The notes beneath the pieces are model-generated. The model was not told the DNA's origin. It did no database searches and saw only the letters and a program-made list of their open reading frames with translations. The position numbers were made by a program, and so were the translations under genes. Shown one piece after another: positions 1 to 5,568 of a stretch of 11,307 bases of DNA (position 1 is the first letter of the stretch; every line of letters starts with the position of its first letter). The DNA is taken from contig JAEOTM010000117.1 of NCBI GenBank assembly GCA_016839815.1, forward strand, positions 1-11,307, in the 5' to 3' direction. Source of the DNA: Candidatus Hodarchaeota archaeon (GTDB lineage: Archaea > Asgardarchaeota > Heimdallarchaeia > Hodarchaeales > Hodarchaeaceae).

Positions 1-537
1 AGGAAGTCCCCCAGCGAGTCCTCCAAAAATAATTGAGAACCTAGTTTTCCTTTTCAGCAAAAGAGAATAAATAATCACGTCAAAAAATGCACCAAGGAAG
101 ACAACAACAAACGTAACATAGTCTACGAAGATGGCAATGGCAATTAGGCCAGTAACTGTGAATATCAATCCATGACGTAGAACAGTACCCGGAGAGATCT
201 TTCCCATAGGTAGTGGTCGATCTCTGGTTCTGTCCATTAACGCATCAATATCTCTATCGATATACATATTCAGCAATGTGCTTCCTGAAATGGCAAAGAA
301 GATACCCACATTCAACCATAAGAATATGCTCAAATTGATACCAGTATGCCAAGCACTGATGAGATAAGCGAAAAATGTTGTATACGCTAGTAAAAACGTC
401 TGTTTGCTTTTAATCAACTCTCCGTAGAGAAAAAAGGGAGTTGATGTAGTAGTCGCTATTGTTGGATGCTCATATGCCTGTAATTGTTCGGGGGTATCTA
501 TATCTGGCATGTGTCTCTGTTTTCCTTGTTTTGGCAT
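1..537 (-). CDS. cyoE: Protoheme IX farnesyltransferase (heme O synthase, UbiA family), 3' end runs off the window
   Basis: Manual minus-strand translation from ATG 537 (alternative in-frame ATG 510) is open to base 1: MPKQGKQRHMPDIDTPEQ...ELIKSKQTFLL...GSTLLNMYIDRDIDALMDRTRDRPLPMGKI...IIYSLLLKRKTRFSIIFGGLAGGLP. It contains the CyoE/CtaB signature NxxxDRDIDxxMxRTxxRP and the Y..LKR.T...GG..G..P segment. Confidence 0.93.
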   Translation of the reverse strand, partial: MPKQGKQRHMPDIDTPEQLQAYEHPTIATTTSTPFFLYGELIKSKQTFLLAYTTFFAYLISAWHTGINLSIFLWLNVGIFFAISGSTLLNMYIDRDIDALMDRTRDRPLPMGKISPGTVLRHGLIFTVTGLIAIAIFVDYVTFVVVFLGAFFDVIIYSLLLKRKTRFSIIFGGLAGGLP

Positions 538-551
538 TTTTCTTTTGGTAT

Positions 552-2180
552 TTACTCAGGGAAATCTTTCACATCATGTCGACCCTTGATAATCTGAACC
601 AATTGATGGAAACAAAAGATGGCTAATGCAACCACAAAAAGCATAATGCCAAGATCCATGACAATCGGTAACCAATTCCCGAATCCTAATATCTCCTGAG
701 CCTTCCAGTATTCAGCCACATCCGCATACAAATTATGATCGACAGCCCAATTTGGGTTAAAGTGTGGATAATACAGATAGATAGCCCCAAGGCCAAACGC
801 TATAAGACTTCCAGCAAGGAATAACCAACCCATTGCATTTCTTATCGATCCTTTTATATCTAGGACATCAATTAGGAGTAACACTAGCATGACTGCTGAT
901 AGAGTAGCTAAAATATGCCAATGACCCCGAGCTACTGTTGTTTCAATTTCCAAAGGCCCTTCTCGAAATGCAATGATATCCAAAGCTTTTGTGAGAGGTG
1001 AAGGACCATGCTCTAGATCAGCTGGACCCCGAAGACTGAGAGCAAGGAATATACCACCAAATGTCATTACAAAGTTAACCCAGATGAAATGGAAGTAGAG
1101 GGAGAATTTCACAGGATCTCTGAATAGAACCTTTGTTCGTGTAAGCCACGAAGCAGACTCATACTCATCACCCAGAAACTCTTTACTCATTTTCTGCCAA
1201 CCTGTTAAAGCTAGTATGAGACCAACAGTAACCAGAATAGCAGAACCTGCATAGATCAAGTAATGCATATCAAAGGGCCAATCAAGAACCTCATTGAAAG
1301 TAACTGCCCAAGAGCCAATTGACATAATCAACATTCCTGGCATAGCAAGAGCCATTGAGATGGCATACCACTTTCCTTTTTGATCACGTGTGGTATATCT
1401 ATAGACAACGAGAAGGATTATGACATCGATTAGAGCTAGCATGATGTGTAGATGGGCTTTCACAGCATCCACTAAGACATGATTATATCCAGCAGGAAAT
1501 GGTTCTCGAAGGAAATATTCGGCTAATAATGGAAGCATACCATTTCCAAAGAATGATCCAATGATACCTCCAAGTATCACACTGACAAGAATACAAGCAG
1601 TGAGTAGAGTTAATGCATATTGACCAAGTAAAACATTCCTTCTATTCTCAGAATCTCGTTTCGGAAAAGTACCTGTTGGAAAAACACCCAAGAGTAACAT
1701 TATGCCTCCATAAAAGCATAATGATAGACCTACAAGATAAAGACCGTGCCATATCCATCTAAGATTAAGATCATGCCATAATCCCCCGTCCTGAAGAAAA
1801 ACATAGGTAAAAAGAATCCCGCTTGCAGAGGCTAAGATGCTTCCGATGAAGACAGGCCATTTTACCCTAGATTTGAACTTCTCTTTTACATCCATAAACA
1901 TAAGAACGAAATATGTGCAAACGGCTACCACTGGTACCGCTATACTGTGGTAGAGTATGATAATTCGTCCTGCTCTCTCTTCAAAACCGTCAGATAACTC
2001 AATTGGCAATAATGGCTGGCCAAAGATTAATTTTATCGGTTCGGAGAATGTAGAGAGAAATAGTACAATTACAAAAAGCCATACGAGGGTAAAAGTGATC
2101 ATTCCTTTGTAGGTAGCACCATAATTTATCTTTTTCTTTAACCAATCAACTTTTGAATTAGTAGTAGCTACTGTATCCAT
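552..2180 (-). CDS. 12-TM His-rich integral membrane protein, putative heme/metal-binding, heme-copper oxidase subunit I-like architecture (function unknown)
   Basis: 542 aa with about 12 hydrophobic segments. His motifs: LYH78S (TM2), WH145G (TM4), AH243LH245 (TM6), MH306Y (TM8), GH420WH422 (TM10). An SD-like AGGTGA overlaps the upstream stop codon, and the gap to cyoE is 14 nt. The CDS is well supported; the functional call is inference. Confidence 0.8.
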   Translation of the reverse strand: MDTVATTNSKVDWLKKKINYGATYKGMITFTLVWLFVIVLFLSTFSEPIKLIFGQPLLPIELSDGFEERAGRIIILYHSIAVPVVAVCTYFVLMFMDVKEKFKSRVKWPVFIGSILASASGILFTYVFLQDGGLWHDLNLRWIWHGLYLVGLSLCFYGGIMLLLGVFPTGTFPKRDSENRRNVLLGQYALTLLTACILVSVILGGIIGSFFGNGMLPLLAEYFLREPFPAGYNHVLVDAVKAHLHIMLALIDVIILLVVYRYTTRDQKGKWYAISMALAMPGMLIMSIGSWAVTFNEVLDWPFDMHYLIYAGSAILVTVGLILALTGWQKMSKEFLGDEYESASWLTRTKVLFRDPVKFSLYFHFIWVNFVMTFGGIFLALSLRGPADLEHGPSPLTKALDIIAFREGPLEIETTVARGHWHILATLSAVMLVLLLIDVLDIKGSIRNAMGWLFLAGSLIAFGLGAIYLYYPHFNPNWAVDHNLYADVAEYWKAQEILGFGNWLPIVMDLGIMLFVVALAIFCFHQLVQIIKGRHDVKDFPE

Positions 2181-2190
2181 TGATTCTCAC

Positions 2191-2871
2191 CTAAAATAAG
2201 CCACTGATAACAGGAATTTCGACTTTCCATTTCTTTGGAAGACCGATACCTAGGACAAATAAAACTCCTACGACTAAAAGGAGATAAGGAAGGACATCAA
2301 AGACCAAATCAAGTAAGTCCGTATTCCCATCTCCGACTGTAGCCATGGCTAATAAGACTCCACCAAAGGAAATCAGTAACCCACCTATTCCAAAGAAGGC
2401 GCTAGTCCACTCTGTTTCCTTTGTATATGCTGTGTATAATGGTACGAACGAAATAATTAAACCAGAAGGAATATGTACAGCCATAATTACCATAGAGGCA
2501 ATATTCAAATCTAATATGCCTGTTTTAATTAGCGTTATAAGAGCAATAACAACTAGCGAATATATTGCGTATACTAATCCATATTGTTTATCATCATATA
2601 CAGCATAGAGTAGTCCAACAGCAAGTCCTGCTGGAATTAATGCAGCTACAGGAGGAACTAGATCTTGATCTAATATTGCCTCTTCCCATCCGAGGAGAAT
2701 AATTATTACTCCCGAGATAAAAAGGACTAAGAAACTAATAGCCCAAGCCAAGTGATATGGTTTCTTTGATTCTAAATATTCCTTAATTAGGAGAAGGGCT
2801 AAGATAAGTGCCACAACACCTACTACTAGAAGCACAAGTGCTCCAATCATATTATCTTCAAGTAATGACAT
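2191..2871 (-). CDS. Hypothetical 7-TM membrane protein, first gene of the cyoE operon
   Basis: Seven hydrophobic segments with one intramembrane His (AVHIPSG) and a Gly-rich GIGGLLISFGG helix. The ORF-track start at 2901 is a TTG; the in-frame ATG at 2871 (MSLLEDN) is preferred. The gap to the next gene is 10 nt. Confidence 0.8.
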   Translation of the reverse strand: MSLLEDNMIGALVLLVVGVVALILALLLIKEYLESKKPYHLAWAISFLVLFISGVIIILLGWEEAILDQDLVPPVAALIPAGLAVGLLYAVYDDKQYGLVYAIYSLVVIALITLIKTGILDLNIASMVIMAVHIPSGLIISFVPLYTAYTKETEWTSAFFGIGGLLISFGGVLLAMATVGDGNTDLLDLVFDVLPYLLLVVGVLFVLGIGLPKKWKVEIPVISGLF

Positions 2872-2941
2872 AATTTTCAACTCAAATTCTGATATAGTCA
2901 ATATTTCTTTTCATAAATAGTGATTTTTTGTGATTTTACAG

Positions 2942-2994
2942 AAGATTATTGTCACTTATTTGTTTCATTCCGATGAAACCAAGCAAGTAATCTT
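2942..2994 (-). other. Long imperfect stem-loop upstream of the membrane/cyoE operon (possible 5' leader structure or operator)
   Basis: Core perfect inverted repeat GTTTCAT-TCCG-ATGAAAC (2962-2979), extended by ACTT/AAGT (2954-2957/2985-2988) and AAGATT/AATCTT (2942-2947/2989-2994). Confidence 0.4.
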
Positions 2995-3057
2995 GATGTG
3001 AATCGACAAAACAGGAAAAAACGAAGATTTTAGGTTTTGCGTATAATAACCCCATCA

Positions 3058-3075
3058 ACTAACAAAATAGTAAGT
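3058..3075. promoter_or_regulatory. Candidate operator for the adjacent HxlR-family regulator
   Basis: Near-palindrome ACTAAC-AAAATA-GTAAGT (one mismatch) in the divergent intergenic region. ACT...AGT-type inverted repeats are known for the HxlR-family member YodB. Confidence 0.4.
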
Positions 3076-3158
3076 GAACAAATAACACAGTTGTTGTTGA
3101 AAAACGGATAAATAAGTCTGAGAGCCTAATAATATCTGAGTAATCTCCTTACTTAACT

Positions 3159-3174
3159 CGATACCCTTTTAATA
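3159..3174 (+). promoter_or_regulatory. Putative archaeal BRE/TATA promoter of the HxlR gene
   Basis: CGATACCC followed by TTTTAATA (3167-3174), about 50 nt upstream of ATG 3223. The same GATACCCTTTT 11-mer precedes the SCP2 gene. Confidence 0.4.
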
Positions 3175-3222
3175 GAGACAAGCTATTAATCTATAAGTCT
3201 AAAAATTCGAAGGTAACAACCA

Positions 3223-3660
3223 ATGAGTGAAGAACAACTCGAGGAATGTGCAGCAAGCCTTGCAATGCAGATTTTAGGCCGAAAGTGGACATTGTATATT
3301 ATTTGTGAATTATTAATGTGCCAAGAGCTCTATTTTAGCCAGCTTCAAGAGCAAATTCTTGGCCATTATCGTGAGAAGATCTCTGCAAGAGTCTTATCCG
3401 AAGCGTTAAGTCGGTTAGAGGAGAATGGAGTGGTTAATCGTACTGTACATAGTGAAAGTATGCCTATACGCGTCGGATATTCTTTAACAGACAAAGGTGA
3501 GGATTTTGCTGTTATTTTTAGTGCTTTGAAAGGGTGGGGAGTAAAATGGGGTGGTGTTACGATTAAGCGATGTAAATCATTTGCCTGTATTCATAATGCC
3601 GTCCCAATCATCGATATTGATGAGGCTAAATCCCTATTTCAAATTCAGGAATGTGATTAA
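3223..3660 (+). CDS. HxlR-family (MarR/DUF24) winged-helix transcriptional regulator
   Basis: Motifs C-x6-ILGRKWTLYII, FSQLQ, ISARVLSEALSRLEENGVVNR, PIRVGYSLTDKG and L..WG are typical of HxlR. It has an N-terminal Cys plus an extra C-terminal CKSFACIH. AAGGT lies upstream. Confidence 0.92.
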   Translation: MSEEQLEECAASLAMQILGRKWTLYIICELLMCQELYFSQLQEQILGHYREKISARVLSEALSRLEENGVVNRTVHSESMPIRVGYSLTDKGEDFAVIFSALKGWGVKWGGVTIKRCKSFACIHNAVPIIDIDEAKSLFQIQECD

Positions 3661-3678
3661 AGCCTAAAAAAGGGTTTA

Positions 3679-3700
3679 TAGAAGATCGAATGATCTTCTA
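3679..3700. terminator. Perfect inverted repeat between convergent genes, possible bidirectional terminator
   Basis: TAGAAGATC-GAAT-GATCTTCTA (9-bp stem, 4-nt loop) in the 60-nt gap between the stops at 3660 and 3721. A T-run follows on the minus strand (complement of the A-run at about 3666-3671). Confidence 0.5.
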
Positions 3701-3720
3701 ATCCAAGTATTTTGGCATAT

Positions 3721-4533
3721 TTATGCTGGAGTTGGTTTGGGAGTGTGAATACTTTTAATAATTTGTCCTACAAATCGTAAGAATATTCCGACAACAATAG
3801 ATAAGAAACCAATAAAGTATTGGAATGCTTCTAACCAATTCCCTGTAAATGTATACACACTCGCATCTATTGGATGTGTTATTGGCATAATAATTGGTTG
3901 AATTATCAATAATACTCCAAAACTTAGGGCTACAGTTGAAAAGTACGCAACCTGAGAACCAATACTTCCCCCACCGGTACCCGTTTCTTCCGCCATATGG
4001 GCTTCAAGATTTCGTCTTGTTCCAGATAGTAGCAAAACAATTAGAAGGAACAGATTTCCTATCACTCGAGCCCAAGAAGGTGTGAAAGGCATTCCATTAA
4101 CTCCGTAGGTGGCCCACCATTCATAAAAGAGAATCCAAACTGGAATAATTCCACTAATAATTCCTGCCACACTGTTAATGATAGCTACATTATAAAACCA
4201 GGATTTCTTTTCTCTAAGAGCCCAATATAAGGCCACCCATACAATAGCTACGAGCCAAGTTACAATGTAACTTGCAATAAAAGCTGGCTGATTGGTACCA
4301 ATAATCGCAAATGTATAACCACCTTTATCATTTGGCATTTTCCACCAATTACCTAGTAGGTTAAAAGTTGTACAAGAACTTCCAATTCCAGAGATAACTC
4401 CAATCGCAGCGGCCAAAGCCATCAGGATAAACAGACTTTTCATTGTCTGTATTCCTACATAAAATCTTCGTATTAATGATTTAATCTTATCTAGTATACT
4501 CAAATTTCTCACAAACCATTTTCTAGTTTTCAT
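3721..4533 (-). CDS. Hypothetical multi-pass membrane protein (about 6 TM)
   Basis: 270-aa ORF with a basic N-terminus and about six hydrophobic segments. No family motif recognised. An alternative start lies at MKSLF (ATG 4443). Confidence 0.75.
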   Translation of the reverse strand: MKTRKWFVRNLSILDKIKSLIRRFYVGIQTMKSLFILMALAAAIGVISGIGSSCTTFNLLGNWWKMPNDKGGYTFAIIGTNQPAFIASYIVTWLVAIVWVALYWALREKKSWFYNVAIINSVAGIISGIIPVWILFYEWWATYGVNGMPFTPSWARVIGNLFLLIVLLLSGTRRNLEAHMAEETGTGGGSIGSQVAYFSTVALSFGVLLIIQPIIMPITHPIDASVYTFTGNWLEAFQYFIGFLSIVVGIFLRFVGQIIKSIHTPKPTPA

Positions 4534-4704
4534 CGTTTAATTTCTTTAACTAGATAGTTTAGTTTTGACGTAAATATCACCGTAGTTTCAGTTTTAAAAT
4601 TCGTCCTAATCTTTGAGTAACCTACGAAGTAGCATCAATCAATATTGAATTAAAGATATCAAAATTGTTGTGAAAAAAATGGCTAGTTTAAAGGTAGACC
4701 AAAT

Positions 4705-5097
4705 ATGACAAAGAATTTTCCTTTTAAAACAGAATATCTGTATTTTCAGTATCACGTTCTTGATATTGAAAGAGCTAAAGATTTTTATGTGAATACTTTT
4801 GATTTTAAAGTGGCTTATGATGGAGGCACGGATATTGGTTGGTGTGAACTTGATCTTCCAGTAAAAGGAACCAGATTAGGATTAAATCTTCTTCCTGAAG
4901 GATCTAAATTAGTATCAGGTTCAGGAGTTTTATCATTTGAAGTTACTGACTTAGAAAAAGCAAAAAGTGTCTTGGAAAATAAAGGAGTTCCTTCTGATGA
5001 AATTATTGACATACCAGAATTAGTATCGTACTTCAACGCTGTTGATTCAGAAGGGAATAAAATCCAATTTGTGGAAGAACCAAGGATTAAGGACTAA
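4705..5097 (+). CDS. VOC family (glyoxalase/bleomycin resistance-like) protein
   Basis: V.DIERAKDFY...F.F, LSFEVTDLE and F..VDSEGNKIQF motifs match the paired beta-alpha-beta-beta-beta VOC fold. AAGGT lies upstream. Confidence 0.9.
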   Translation: MTKNFPFKTEYLYFQYHVLDIERAKDFYVNTFDFKVAYDGGTDIGWCELDLPVKGTRLGLNLLPEGSKLVSGSGVLSFEVTDLEKAKSVLENKGVPSDEIIDIPELVSYFNAVDSEGNKIQFVEEPRIKD

Positions 5098-5567
5098 TCT
5101 CTATTTAACTTGATCTTCTCTTGAGCGAGTAGTGCTGCATCTACGATTGGTTGATATCCCGTACATCGACATAAGTGTGGTTCGAGTGCTTCAAAAATCT
5201 GGTCTTTATTTGCATTGGAATTAGAGGTAAACAGCGCATATAATTCCATAACGTATCCAGGGGTACAAAATCCACACTGAATACCACTAGCCTCAACAAA
5301 CGCCTTTTGAATTGAGTGAAGCTGAAAATTATCTGATATTCCCTCAATTGTGATAACTTCCACGTTTTCCAATTTTCTAGCTTTAGTGATACAGCTTTTT
5401 ACAGCTTTTCCATTGACAACAACTGTACACGCTCCACAATGTCCTTGTTTACAGCCATTCTTAGTACCGGTCAGAGCTAGATTTTCTCGTAGAATATCAA
5501 GTAGGGAATCAGAAGGATCCACGATTAGCATGTAATCTTTCTTATTCACTCTTATTTTCAGTTCCAT
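5094..5567 (-). CDS. Xanthine dehydrogenase-family small subunit, 2x[2Fe-2S] (CoxS/CutS-like)
   Basis: GTKNGCKQGHCGACTV...SC, IQCGFCTPG and HLCRCTGY supply all eight Cys ligands. It has a strong SD (AAGGAGG) and starts 1 nt after the large-subunit stop. Confidence 0.95.
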   Translation of the reverse strand: MELKIRVNKKDYMLIVDPSDSLLDILRENLALTGTKNGCKQGHCGACTVVVNGKAVKSCITKARKLENVEVITIEGISDNFQLHSIQKAFVEASGIQCGFCTPGYVMELYALFTSNSNANKDQIFEALEPHLCRCTGYQPIVDAALLAQEKIKLNRD

Positions 5568-5568
5568 T

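Noticed and set aside
552-2180. Calling the 542-aa protein a canonical cytochrome c/quinol oxidase subunit I, NorB, heme A synthase (CtaA) or CydA
   Set aside because: It has no HPxVY or TM7 HH motif (HCO/NOR), no ExxHR motifs or 8-TM layout (CtaA), and no GRQPW motif (CydA).
2345-2608. 87-aa plus-strand ORF
   Set aside because: Antisense shadow inside the 7-TM gene with no recognisable motif.
2191-2901. 7-TM protein as a microbial rhodopsin or GPCR-like receptor
   Set aside because: There is no retinal-binding Lys (DxxxK/SxxxK) in helix 7 and no RYxxW motif in helix 3. Helix count alone is not evidence.
3894-4085. 63-aa plus-strand ORF
   Set aside because: Antisense to the 270-aa membrane gene, with no support.
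4815-5535. Short ORFs 4815-5036(-), 5141-5347(-) and 5350-5535(+)
   Set aside because: They lie fully within the well-supported VOC and 2Fe-2S genes, in alternative frames or strands.
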